Shown in pieces: positions 9,608 through 18,877 of a stretch of DNA of 64,000 bases. The notes below the pieces were generated by a model. It was not told the origin of the DNA, did no database searches, and saw nothing but the letters and a program-made list of their open reading frames with translations. Every line of letters begins with the position of its first letter. Positions within the stretch are counted from its first letter, which is position 1. A program made the position numbers and the translations under genes. This DNA comes from an uncultured Methylomirabilota bacterium (GTDB lineage Bacteria > Methylomirabilota > Methylomirabilia > Methylomirabilales > 2-02-FULL-66-22): assembly GCA_963705305.1 (NCBI GenBank), contig OY970067.1, forward strand, positions 3,968,001-4,032,000, read 5' to 3'.

Positions 9608-10351
9608 ATGGGAAAGTACATTTACTGCATCACCGAGGCCCCCGAGGGGGAGCATTTCGACGCGGCAGGGATCGATGGACCCGGGGCGGAGGTGGCGGCC
9701 CTCGCTTTCGATGGGATTGCCGCAGTGGTGAGCGAGGCACCCGTCAAGCGCTATCGCGTCTGCCGCGAGAATGCCCTCGCGCACGAGTGCGTGATCGAAG
9801 CGGTTTTCGCCCGTCACCCTGTGCTCCCCGTCCGATTCTGTACGATCGCCCAGGATGAGGCGACGGTGCGGACCATCCTCGAGCGTGAGCTCGCGGAGTT
9901 CCGGAGGATGCTGGAGCATATGCGGGGACGGATGGAGATCGGGGTGAAAGCCATCTTCCCGGAGGCTCGGATTTACCAGACGATCCTGGACCGCCATGAG
10001 GAGATCCGGCGCCGGAAGCAGGCCGTGGCATTGCTGCCGCCGCAGCAGGCGCACTGGCAGCTCCTCGCGATCGGGAAGATGGTGGAAGAGGCCCTGGTGC
10101 GAGAGAAAGCCGCCGTGCGAGAGGAGATCCTCCAGAGCCTGGAAGGGGCGGCCTGCGAGTGCCGCGTGAGCGAGCGCCTGATGGGCGAGCGGATGATCGT
10201 CAATGCCGCCTTCCTGGTGGAGCGGGCGTCCGAGCCGGAGTTCGATCGGCGATTGAATGCCCTGGCCGACCGCTACGCGGACCTGGTCACCTTCAAGTGC
10301 GTGGGGGACGCCCCCCCGTTCAACTTCGTGGACCTGGTCGTCGCGATATAG
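9608..10351 (+). CDS. gvpF: GvpF/GvpL-family protein
   Basis: GKYIYCI, AHECVIE, VLPVRFCT, NAAFLVE, PPFNFV. Confidence 0.92.
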   Translation: MGKYIYCITEAPEGEHFDAAGIDGPGAEVAALAFDGIAAVVSEAPVKRYRVCRENALAHECVIEAVFARHPVLPVRFCTIAQDEATVRTILERELAEFRRMLEHMRGRMEIGVKAIFPEARIYQTILDRHEEIRRRKQAVALLPPQQAHWQLLAIGKMVEEALVREKAAVREEILQSLEGAACECRVSERLMGERMIVNAAFLVERASEPEFDRRLNALADRYADLVTFKCVGDAPPFNFVDLVVAI

Positions 10352-10358
10352 CGCGCCT

Positions 10359-10625
10359 ATGCTCCTCGTGGACGATCTCCTCGCGCTTCCGTACCGGGGC
10401 CTACTAGGTGTGTTCCAGAAGATCGCCGAACTGGCCGACCGGGAGCTGAACGATGCGGAGTTCCTCCAGGAGAAGCTCCTCGAGCTCCAATTGCTCTACG
10501 AGATGGATGAGCTCGGCGAGGAGGAGTACGCGCTGAAAGCCGCGGTGTTGGAGACCAGGCTCAATGCTGTCAGGGAGGCGGAGGAGGTCGAGCCGGAAAC
10601 CGAAGAGGGAGATGCTGAAGCGTGA
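10359..10625 (+). CDS. gvpG: Gas vesicle protein GvpG
   Basis: MLLVDDLLALPYRGL...LLELQLLYEMDELGEEEY, following gvpF. Confidence 0.9.
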   Translation: MLLVDDLLALPYRGLLGVFQKIAELADRELNDAEFLQEKLLELQLLYEMDELGEEEYALKAAVLETRLNAVREAEEVEPETEEGDAEA

Positions 10626-10684
10626 CCGTGGAGAGATGCCCAGTTGGTTGTCCAACAACGGCTGCCGCGGGGGAAGAGGGACGG

Positions 10685-10963
10685 ATGGAATTCAATGAGG
10701 TCAGAAGGATCGCGACCTACTTCCTCAAACGACCCCTTCAAAAGGACGGGGCACCGGTCAGGATCGACAAGACGTATGAGGGGTGGGAGGTCCAGTTCGG
10801 GGCGATCGAGCCCACCGTCTGTATTCGAACGCTGGGGATCCCTGCCTCCGTCCGTGGCCGTTTCCTTGATGTGATCACGCTGGGTGGCGGGCTCCAGACC
10901 CTGTCGGGCGAGCGGCTCGCCTCTGGTACGGAGTCCGCCCGCGCCTCCTCTCGGACCGCATAG
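10685..10963 (+). CDS. Divergent GvpO/GvpR-like protein (possibly decaying)
   Basis: KTYEGWEVQ...IRTLGIP pattern and position inside the gvp operon. Confidence 0.45.
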   Translation: MEFNEVRRIATYFLKRPLQKDGAPVRIDKTYEGWEVQFGAIEPTVCIRTLGIPASVRGRFLDVITLGGGLQTLSGERLASGTESARASSRTA

Positions 10964-10975
10964 GGGCCATTGACC

Positions 10976-11275
10976 ATGCCCTCATCATCGGCGATCTCGC
11001 ACAGCGTGCAGAGCACCAACCTGGCCGACATCCTCGAGCGGGTCCTGGACAAGGGGATCGTCATCGCCGGGGATATTAAGATTAACATCGCCGACATCGA
11101 GCTGCTCAGCATCAAGATCCGGCTCCTCGTGGCTTCGGTGGAGAAGGCCAGGGAGATGGGGATTGATTGGTGGCAGAGCGATCCGGCCCTGTCCTCGAGG
11201 GCCAAGAGCCTTGAGGAAGAGAATCGGCAGCTCCACGAGCGACTGGATCGGCTAGAGGCCCGCCTTGGCGGGTGA
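10976..11275 (+). CDS. gvpJ: Gas vesicle protein GvpJ
   Basis: LADILERVLDKGIVIAGDI...IRLLVASVEKAREMGIDWW. Confidence 0.93.
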   Translation: MPSSSAISHSVQSTNLADILERVLDKGIVIAGDIKINIADIELLSIKIRLLVASVEKAREMGIDWWQSDPALSSRAKSLEEENRQLHERLDRLEARLGG

Positions 11276-11286
11276 GGGAGGCAGCC

Positions 11287-11802
11287 ATGCGCAAACGGGT
11301 GGAACGCGGGGGGCTCGGCCTGGGCGATCTTTTTCACGGGGTCGCAGATCTCATTGATCTCCTCAAGGAGATGGAGGCGGAGGGGAAGACCGAGCGCACC
11401 CGCACCGGCGAGATCACAGGCAGCGGGCAATTGAAGGACCTGAAGGGGGTCTATGGGTTCAGCGTAAAGGTCGGCCTCGGCGGCACCCCGACGGTCGAGA
11501 CTTTCGGGAACATTCGCAAGAGCGAAACGGGGCCGGTGGTCGAAGAGGTGCGTGAGCCCCTGGTGGACCTCTTCGATGAAGGAGACGTCATGCGGGTGAT
11601 CGCGGAACTCCCCGGGGTGGAGTCGACGGACATCGCGACCGAGCTGGAGGGCGACATCCTCACCATCACCAGCCGGGGCAAGGCGCACAAGTACCAGAAG
11701 GAGGTCCTCCTGCCCTCCAAGGGACAGGCGGACTCGCTGAAGACCAGCTATCGGAACGGCATTCTGGAGATCACGCTGCGGAAGACCAGGGACGGCGCAT
11801 GA
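11287..11802 (+). CDS. gvpH: Hsp20/alpha-crystallin protein (GvpH-like)
   Basis: VYGFSVKVG, REPLVDLFDE, IAELPGV, YRNGILEITL. Confidence 0.85.
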   Translation: MRKRVERGGLGLGDLFHGVADLIDLLKEMEAEGKTERTRTGEITGSGQLKDLKGVYGFSVKVGLGGTPTVETFGNIRKSETGPVVEEVREPLVDLFDEGDVMRVIAELPGVESTDIATELEGDILTITSRGKAHKYQKEVLLPSKGQADSLKTSYRNGILEITLRKTRDGA

Positions 11803-12782
11803 AACTCGTCCTGTTCGGCGGCAAGGGAGGCGTCGGGAAGACCACGTGTGCCGCGGCAGCCGCGCTTGAGCTGGCCGGCGCCGGCCATCGGACGCTCCTG
11901 GCCTCGACCGATCCGGCCCACTCTCTCTCTGACGCCCTGGAGCAGGAGATTGGTCCCGAAATCCAGGCGGTGAACGGGGTCCAGAACCTCTTTGCGCTGG
12001 AGATTTCTGCTGAAAGCCTGTTCCGGAAGTTCAAGGCAGACCACGGGGCGGAGTTGCGGCACCTCCTCGTAACCGGCACGTATCTCGACGCGGAGGATCT
12101 GGACGACCTCTCGTCCCTCTCCATCCCCGGCCTCGATGAGGTGATGGCGCTCAAGGAGCTCGTGGACCTGATGGAGTGCAGCGCGTACGAGTATTACCTC
12201 CTGGATACCGCCCCCACGGGCCACGCCCTCCGCCTCCTCGCGCTCCCTGACCTCGTCGAGCAGTGGATCCGCGTCCTGGCGCGGCTCCGGTACAAGTACC
12301 TCGCCATGATCCGCAGCATCGCCCAGCGCGAGATTCATGAGACGGCGGACGACTTCCTGTTCAGCCTGAAGCGAGGCGTGCGGCGCGTCCAGGAACTCCT
12401 CCACGACCCGGAGCGCTGCGAGTTCCTGGTCGTCGGGCTTCCTGAAGCGATGGTGATCGCCGAGACCCGGCGTCTTCTCCAGGAACTGAGCCGCCAGCAG
12501 ATTCCCGTCCGGCACCTCCTCGTGAATCATGTCGCCTCCAGCGAGCGGGGAACGTGCCCCTTCTGTCACGAGCGCTGGCAGGCCCAGCGGAAAGTCCTCC
12601 AGGAATATTCGGCGTCCTTCGCGGCGCTCAAGGTCTACAACCTCTTGGAGCGCCCGCACCCGATCCGGGGCCTTGCGCAACTGCGAGAGCTCGGATTCCC
12701 CATTCGGTGGCTGGAGCGGGAGCGCTCTGCAGGGGCAAGCGCGGGCATCGAGGATCAGGCATGGGTACTCCACACACGGTGA
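11799..12782 (+). CDS. Single-domain ArsA/Get3-family ATPase
   Basis: GGKGGVGKTT, STDPAHSLSD, PGLDEV, DTAPTGH and a CPFC motif. Confidence 0.92.
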   Translation: MKLVLFGGKGGVGKTTCAAAAALELAGAGHRTLLASTDPAHSLSDALEQEIGPEIQAVNGVQNLFALEISAESLFRKFKADHGAELRHLLVTGTYLDAEDLDDLSSLSIPGLDEVMALKELVDLMECSAYEYYLLDTAPTGHALRLLALPDLVEQWIRVLARLRYKYLAMIRSIAQREIHETADDFLFSLKRGVRRVQELLHDPERCEFLVVGLPEAMVIAETRRLLQELSRQQIPVRHLLVNHVASSERGTCPFCHERWQAQRKVLQEYSASFAALKVYNLLERPHPIRGLAQLRELGFPIRWLERERSAGASAGIEDQAWVLHTR

Positions 12783-14896
12783 CATTGCGGGTGGCGGAAG
12801 CGCTGCCCAAAGATGTGGGGCGCGGGATCGCGCGCCTGGATCCCGAGGACATGAAGGCCCTCGAAATCGAGGTGGGCGACATCGTCCAGGTCCAGGGGAA
12901 ACGCCAGACCGTGGCCAAGGCCATGCCCGCCTTCCAGGAGGCCAGAGGGAAGGGGATCGTCCAGGTCGACGGCCTTGTCCGGACCAATGCCCAGGTGGGG
13001 CTGGACGAGCGGGTGGCGATCGCCAGGGACGAGGCCAGACCGGCCGTGAAGCTGACCCTCGCGCCTCTCTCCTCCCAACGCATAAGCCAGCGCGAGCCGG
13101 ACACCCGCTACCTTGCGCGCCTCCTGGAGGGGCTTCCGCTCATCGCCGGCGACCGTATCCGCGCCGTGCTCTTCGGCACCATGGCCCAGGAGTTCACGGT
13201 GGTTGAAACTGCCCCCACCGGCCCGGTGGTCGTCCGGGCGGCCACCGCCCTCCGCCTGCACCATCCCGAAGGCCCCGGCGAGACTTCCCAGATCTCGTAC
13301 GAAGACATCGGGGGGCTTCGGCGAGAGATCCAGCGCGTGCGAGAGATGATCGAGCTCCCCCTGAAGTACCCCGAAGTCTTCGAGCACCTGGGGATCAAGG
13401 CGCCGAAGGGCGTGCTCCTCCACGGGTCACCCGGCACCGGTAAGACACTCATCGCGAGGGCTGTGGCGAACGAGACCGAGGCGCGGTTCTTCGCCGTGAG
13501 TGGTCCCGAGGTCATCCACAAGTTCTACGGTGAGTCGGAGGCCAAGCTCCGGCAACTCTTCGAGGAGGCCGAGCGGCATGCTCCGAGCATCATCTTCCTG
13601 GATGAGATTGACGCCATCGCCCCCAAGCGCGAGTCGGTGGTGGGGGAGGTAGAGAAACGGGTGGTGGCGCAGCTCCTCGCCCTGATGGATGGACTCCGGT
13701 CCCGCGGTCAGGTGATCGTGATCGGGGCGACGAACATCCCGAATGCACTGGACCCCGCCCTGCGCCGGCCGGGCCGTTTCGATCGCGAGATCGCCATTGG
13801 GATCCCCGACAAAGGGGGGAGGCGGGAAATCCTGGAGATCCACACCCGGGGGATGCCGCTGGCGGAGGACGTGGACCTGGACGAGCTCAGTGAGTCCACC
13901 CACGGGTTCGTGGGCGCGGATCTGGAGGCCCTCTGCCGGGAGGCAGCCATGGCCGCGCTCCGAGCTTTGCTCCCGCGGATCACGTTCGAGGTTGGAGCCA
14001 TTCCCTACGAGGCCGTCATGGAACTCCGGGTCCATCGGACCCATTTCTTCGAGGCGATGAAGGAGGTCGAGCCCTCGGCCCTGCGGGAGATCAGTGTGGA
14101 GGTCCCGGACGTCCGGTGGGGGGACGTCGGCGGATTGGAGAATGTGAAGCGCGAGCTCGTGGAGGCCGTCGAGTGGCCGCTCCGCTATGCGGCGCTCTTC
14201 AGCCATGCGGGTGCCCGGCCGCCCCAGGGGATCTTGCTCCATGGAGCGCCCGGCAGCGGAAAGACGCTGCTGGCCAAGGCCCTGGCCACCGAGAGCCGGG
14301 CCAACTTCATTGCCATCAAGGGCCCCCAGCTGATGTCCAAATGGGTGGGAGAGAGCGAACGCGCGATCCGGGAGATCTTCAAAAAGGCCAAGCAAGCCGC
14401 CCCCTGCGTGGTCTTCCTGGACGAGGTGGACGGCCTGGCCCCCCGGCGGGGACTGGATCCATCCGGCGTGGCGGAACGAGTCCTGAGCCAGTTGCTCACC
14501 GAGCTGGATGGCATCGAAGAGCTGCGCGGTGTGGTGGTGCTGGCGGCCACAAACCGGCTGGATCTCGTGGAGCCGGCCCTCGTGCGGCCGGGGCGATTCG
14601 ACTCCGTCATCGAGGTATCCTTGCCCGACACGAAAGCGAGGCTCGAGATCTTCACGATCCACACTCGCAAGCAGCGGCTGGCTCCCGACGTGGACTTGAC
14701 GGTGCTGGCCAGGCAAAGTCAGGGGCTCTCCGGCGCGGAGATTGAGGCTACCTGTCGGAGGGCAACGATGATGGCGATCCGGGAGTACCTGGAGGCTTAC
14801 CCAAACGGGGCGGATTCCGGGTTCCAGGAATATGCGGTGCGAATGGCTCGTTTGGAGGAGGCGCTGACGAGCTTCCGGAAAGGACGTGTGGGATGA
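12761..14896 (+). CDS. CDC48/p97/VAT-family AAA+ ATPase
   Basis: N domain (VAEALPKDVGRGIAR), D1 (YEDIGG, GSPGTGKT, IIFLDE) and D2 (WGDVGG, GAPGSGKT, VVFLDE). Confidence 0.95.
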   Translation: MGTPHTVTLRVAEALPKDVGRGIARLDPEDMKALEIEVGDIVQVQGKRQTVAKAMPAFQEARGKGIVQVDGLVRTNAQVGLDERVAIARDEARPAVKLTLAPLSSQRISQREPDTRYLARLLEGLPLIAGDRIRAVLFGTMAQEFTVVETAPTGPVVVRAATALRLHHPEGPGETSQISYEDIGGLRREIQRVREMIELPLKYPEVFEHLGIKAPKGVLLHGSPGTGKTLIARAVANETEARFFAVSGPEVIHKFYGESEAKLRQLFEEAERHAPSIIFLDEIDAIAPKRESVVGEVEKRVVAQLLALMDGLRSRGQVIVIGATNIPNALDPALRRPGRFDREIAIGIPDKGGRREILEIHTRGMPLAEDVDLDELSESTHGFVGADLEALCREAAMAALRALLPRITFEVGAIPYEAVMELRVHRTHFFEAMKEVEPSALREISVEVPDVRWGDVGGLENVKRELVEAVEWPLRYAALFSHAGARPPQGILLHGAPGSGKTLLAKALATESRANFIAIKGPQLMSKWVGESERAIREIFKKAKQAAPCVVFLDEVDGLAPRRGLDPSGVAERVLSQLLTELDGIEELRGVVVLAATNRLDLVEPALVRPGRFDSVIEVSLPDTKARLEIFTIHTRKQRLAPDVDLTVLARQSQGLSGAEIEATCRRATMMAIREYLEAYPNGADSGFQEYAVRMARLEEALTSFRKGRVG

Positions 14897-15264
14897 GGGG
14901 CAATATTCTCCTGGTGGAGCCGGAGGAGGCCACAGCTCGTTCCCTGGCAGCGATTCTCACCCGGGCGGAGTTCACGGTCCTCACCGCCGAGACGGGCCAC
15001 GAAGCCCTGCGCCTGGTGCACCGGGAGCCGCCGGATCTCATCATCCTGGATCTGGAGCTCCCAGGAATGGACGGCCTTGAGACGCTCCGGCAGCTCCGAG
15101 AGCACGGCGTGACGGCGAAGGTCATGATCCATGCGGCTCATGGGACGCCCCGGCATGCCAGGGAGGCACGGGCGCTGGGGGCCCGGGAGTTCCTCGGCAA
15201 GCCCTTCGACGTGCACCGACTCCTCTGCATTGTGAACGGGGAGGTCGGGGAACGGGTGATGTAG
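14893..15264 (+). CDS. Single-domain response regulator
   Basis: IILDLELPGMDG and FLGKPF; acidic pocket atypical (VEPE). Confidence 0.8.
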   Translation: MRGNILLVEPEEATARSLAAILTRAEFTVLTAETGHEALRLVHREPPDLIILDLELPGMDGLETLRQLREHGVTAKVMIHAAHGTPRHAREARALGAREFLGKPFDVHRLLCIVNGEVGERVM

Positions 15265-15896
15265 TGAGTGTCCCAGAGGCGAGACGGCTCATCTATATCC
15301 CCATCATCCACGATCTGGCGGATATGGGGACCAAGGCTGAGCCGTTGAAACAGGCATTCATCCGCCGCTTCGGCCTTGATCAGTGGGAGCGCCGCCGTGC
15401 GCTCATCGCCGATGTCTGGGGAGGCATCCGGCAGAAACTGCTGGGTCGGGATCTCCCTTGGGACCGCGTGCGGATCTACCAGGACGGGCTTCCGATTTCG
15501 GGAAAAGAGCTGGAGATCGCGAGCGATGTGGCCGTGCAGGGGAGCCAGAATTACCGGCTGGTGCTAGAGTTGGTGGGGAAAGGTGCCACGCTGATGGGGA
15601 CGGAATCACCGGACCTCCTACTCCGGGAGTACCGGCTGATCAGCCGGATGGTCGAGGCGCACCCCGTGGTGCAGCCGGACACCGCCGGTCGGGAGTCCGA
15701 TGCGGAAGCGCAGGAGATCCTCGGTGCCCGGGATGCATTCATTGCCCGCCGGGTCTCCGACACCTTGGGCAACGCCGGTATCGGCGTTCTCTTCCTCGGC
15801 ATGATGCATCAGGTGGATCAACTCCTTCCCAAAGATATTGCGGTCGAATTCCTCATCGATCGACTTCCCCTGTGGGAGGTGGCAGCGGAGGACTGA
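15264..15896 (+). CDS. Hypothetical protein of the gas vesicle operon
   Basis: Translationally coupled on both sides; LIYIPIIH..ADMG and IYQDGLP motifs; function unknown. Confidence 0.7.
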   Translation: MSVPEARRLIYIPIIHDLADMGTKAEPLKQAFIRRFGLDQWERRRALIADVWGGIRQKLLGRDLPWDRVRIYQDGLPISGKELEIASDVAVQGSQNYRLVLELVGKGATLMGTESPDLLLREYRLISRMVEAHPVVQPDTAGRESDAEAQEILGARDAFIARRVSDTLGNAGIGVLFLGMMHQVDQLLPKDIAVEFLIDRLPLWEVAAED

Positions 15897-16699
15897 TGGC
15901 CCCTGCGATCGGCTGGTACCTGTACGCCTTGTTCTCTCCAGCAACGCTGCCGCCGATGAACGGCATTGACGGCGTGTCGCCGGTCTGCCTCTTCGCCTGG
16001 GCGGACGTTGGGGCCCTCTTTAGCTCAGTCCCGCTGGCTGAATTTGGCGAGGAGGCCCTTCAGCGAAATATACAGGATACTCGCTGGCTGGAGGAGAAGG
16101 TGCGGCACCATGAAGCCGTGGTCGAGGCGGCCATGCGCACAGGGCCAGTCCTCCCCATGAAGTTTGGCACGATCTTCGTCGACTTGAAGAAGATCGGCGA
16201 CCTGATCAAAGACAACGCCCCTACGCTCCGCGCTTCTCTTGAAGAGCTCCGCGACAAGGAGGAGTGGGGAGTGCGCGGATTCGCGAACCGGGTGATCCTC
16301 CGGGCCGCGACCCTTCAGCACGACCCCGCCCTCCGAGCCCTATCCGAAGCGGCGAGCGCCCAATCGCCAGGGCAGGCCTTTTTTCTCAGGAAGCGAGTTG
16401 AAGCGCTGGCCTCGACGCGATCTCAAGACCGGAGGCAGGCGCTTGTGCTTGAAGCGCGCGCGACGATCCAGACGACGGTCGTGGCACTGGCAGACCAGCG
16501 TCCCCTGATCACCGATGCGTCAGGGGACGAGGAGATTGTCTTAAACATGGCCTGTCTCGTGCGGCAAGAGGGTGTCGGATCCTTCCTCGCTGCCGCGAAC
16601 CAGTGGAACCAGAACCATGGTGGGGAAGGACCGCGGCTTGTCGCCTCCGGGCCCTGGCCCCCCTATCACTTTGTCCCGAGGCTCGAAGGAAGTGGATAG
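15896..16699 (+). CDS. gvpL: GvpL/GvpF-family protein
   Basis: HHEAVVE, PVLPMKFGTIF, KEEWGVR, SGPWPPYHFV. Confidence 0.9.
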   Translation: MAPAIGWYLYALFSPATLPPMNGIDGVSPVCLFAWADVGALFSSVPLAEFGEEALQRNIQDTRWLEEKVRHHEAVVEAAMRTGPVLPMKFGTIFVDLKKIGDLIKDNAPTLRASLEELRDKEEWGVRGFANRVILRAATLQHDPALRALSEAASAQSPGQAFFLRKRVEALASTRSQDRRQALVLEARATIQTTVVALADQRPLITDASGDEEIVLNMACLVRQEGVGSFLAAANQWNQNHGGEGPRLVASGPWPPYHFVPRLEGSG

Positions 16700-16898
16700 A
16701 AACGAATCGGCACCCAGTCTGGAACGGCAGGTGACGCTCCTGGAGACGCTGGATCGCCTCCTCAACAAGGGGGTAGTCGTGGCCGGAGACGTGACGCTCT
16801 CGGTGGCGGACGTTGACCTGATCTACCTCGGCCTTCGACTCTTGCTCTCCTCGGTAGAGACCGCAAGAGCGCGGAGCGCTACAAGTGTCAGGGAGTGA
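16692..16898 (+). CDS. GvpA-family minor protein (GvpM/GvpS-like)
   Basis: TLLETLDRLLNKGVVVAGDVTLSVADVDLIYLGLRLLL. Confidence 0.88.
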   Translation: MDRNESAPSLERQVTLLETLDRLLNKGVVVAGDVTLSVADVDLIYLGLRLLLSSVETARARSATSVRE

Positions 16899-16901
16899 GC
16901 T

Positions 16902-17630
16902 GTGGATGGGTTCTATTTCTATGGCGTCGTCAGGCGGCCGGAACTCGCACCGTGTCGAGTCTGCGGCCTTGGCGGCAGTCCCACGCTCTTCATCCCGTTT
17001 CGAGACCTCGCAGCAGTCGTTAGCCTATCTCGTCTCTCTCCCTGGCCTGCGGATGAGACACATCTGAACCTCCACGAAGCTGTCGTGGAGGAGCTAATGC
17101 GTTCCCAGCCCATCCTCCCGGCCCGCTTCAACACCTTCCTACCCACCGAGGAGGCGACCATCCGCCTCCTCCAGGAAAGGGGGCAGGAATTCCACGTCAC
17201 CATCGAGCGCGTCAAGGGAAAGGCCGAGCTGGGGCTCCGCATCCTTTGGGACCCGCCGGGCGATCCCGTGATGCCCGAGGGTCAGCCTGTAGCGACAGAG
17301 GAACCTGGGAGCGAGTATCTGAGACGGCGCACCCAGCAGGAGCAGCGTCGCAGGGCACAACGCCGCGAGGGCGAGGCGCTGATCCGGTCGCTCCACGGGG
17401 CACTCCAGCCGCTGGCTTCAGAATTCCGGCTGCGTTCATTCCTCAGCAACCGGTCCCTCTTTGCCGCGGCCTATCTCGTGGAGCAGGAGCGTCTTGGTGC
17501 GTTTCACGAATCTGTGGAAGAAAGACTTGCGGAGTCTCCGCAGCTTGGGTTTCTTCTCACTGGTCCCTGGCCTCCTTATAGCTTCGTCAATGGAGTCGAA
17601 AATGGGATCGCAAATCGTCTCCGTCTCTGA
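16902..17630 (+). CDS. GvpF/GvpL-family protein
   Basis: HEAVVEELM, ILPARF, GKAELGLR, TGPWPPYSFV. Confidence 0.9.
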   Translation: MDGFYFYGVVRRPELAPCRVCGLGGSPTLFIPFRDLAAVVSLSRLSPWPADETHLNLHEAVVEELMRSQPILPARFNTFLPTEEATIRLLQERGQEFHVTIERVKGKAELGLRILWDPPGDPVMPEGQPVATEEPGSEYLRRRTQQEQRRRAQRREGEALIRSLHGALQPLASEFRLRSFLSNRSLFAAAYLVEQERLGAFHESVEERLAESPQLGFLLTGPWPPYSFVNGVENGIANRLRL

Positions 17631-17946
17631 GGGCTCGCTGACGGATTTCGAGGGGGAGTTGGGCCGCCTCACCGATGCGCTCCCGTCGAGGGTCAATGCG
17701 GATCCCGAGCGGGTGGAACAGGGGCTGGCCAAGTTGGTGCTCACCCTCATCGAACTCCTGCGCGGCCTGCTTGAAAAGCAGGCCATCCGGCGCGTCGAGG
17801 GGGGCTCACTCACGCCGGAGGAGATTGAGCGCATGGGCCTCACGTTCCTGCGACTCGAGCGGAGGATGGCCGAGCTTCGAGATCACTTCGGCCTCAGCCA
17901 GGAAGACCTCACCCTGTCGCTCGGGTCACTCGGAGAGCTGAGGTGA
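17602..17946 (+). CDS. gvpK: Gas vesicle protein GvpK
   Basis: GLAKLVLTLIELLRGLLEKQAIRRVEGGSL...FGL...DL..SLG. Confidence 0.95.
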   Translation: MGSQIVSVSEGSLTDFEGELGRLTDALPSRVNADPERVEQGLAKLVLTLIELLRGLLEKQAIRRVEGGSLTPEEIERMGLTFLRLERRMAELRDHFGLSQEDLTLSLGSLGELR

Positions 17947-18493
17947 GTGGACGATGCGAGTGAGTTCCGGGGAGGACGCCTCAACGCCGTACGTGCGGCT
18001 GCCGTGGGAACGGACTCGCCTCTTTCCCGTGGAGTGCCCGTCTCTGTGTGGGCCTGTGGTGGACCGTGTGACACCCACTTCCCGGTCTCTTTCCGGGAAC
18101 CCTTGGCAGGGCGAGCATGCGCCGACGCGCACAGGTCTCACGGCGCAGGCCGCCGCCTGTGGGGTGCTGCGTGCCCAGCGGGGTGCCGTGCGGTTGTCCA
18201 CCAGCCGCCTGTCCCTCGCCGAGCACCGCGGCTCCTCCCATGGAACGTATGCGTATCCCTTCTCGATCGGGAAGGCTGGCGTGTCGGTCAGGCCCAGTGC
18301 CTCCCTGGGGCCGGAACACGGAGCATTGACCCCACGGGTCTCAACCGGGGCGTCCGGGCTCGACACGAGGCTGGAGAATGACGAGTGTCTGCCCCTCGGG
18401 ATGCCGGAGCGCTTCCTGCAGGATAGGTTTCCTCTTGCGGGTACCGGGCAACTCCGGATCAGGGCCGAAGATTGCTCCAGCGGCAATTGCGAC

Positions 18494-18877
18494 CCCGATC
18501 TCATAGCGGACACCCGAGCGGCTATTCAGGAAACAGGGAAGCCTTACGTCATAGAAAATGTGGAGGACGCGAGAGGACTTCTTCTTACCCCGATAAAGCT
18601 GTGCGGATCCGCACTTGGATTACCGATTTGGAGACATCGATACTTCGTGGTTCCCTCTCTGTCGATTCTCACCCCTCCATGCCGTCACGATTTCGAGCCC
18701 GTGCTGATCACGGGAACCAATCGGTATGTAGGAAGGAAACGAAGAGAGCCGAGTGTATCGGAAAGAAAACAGGCGGCTGGAATTGACTGGATGACTGATA
18801 GCGAACTGGGCGGGTCCATTCTCCCCGCCTACACCGAGTTCATCAGTTGGCAACTGCTGAAGGTGGTGCGACCATGA
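18494..18877 (+). pseudogene. 3' half of a phage-type DNA cytosine methyltransferase
   Basis: PDLIADTR, PYVIENV (motif VI), LCGSALGL, RHRYF, GIDWM, PAYTEFI; no N-terminal SAM-binding or PC motifs upstream. Confidence 0.7.

Noticed and set aside
11799..12782. Arsenic resistance operon
   Set aside because: No arsB, acr3, arsC, arsD or arsR nearby, and the protein has a single ATPase domain
17947..18493. ORFs or structured RNA after gvpK
   Set aside because: Only short GC-rich hairpins and no protein motifs; the 307-aa ORF is meaningful only from about 18494
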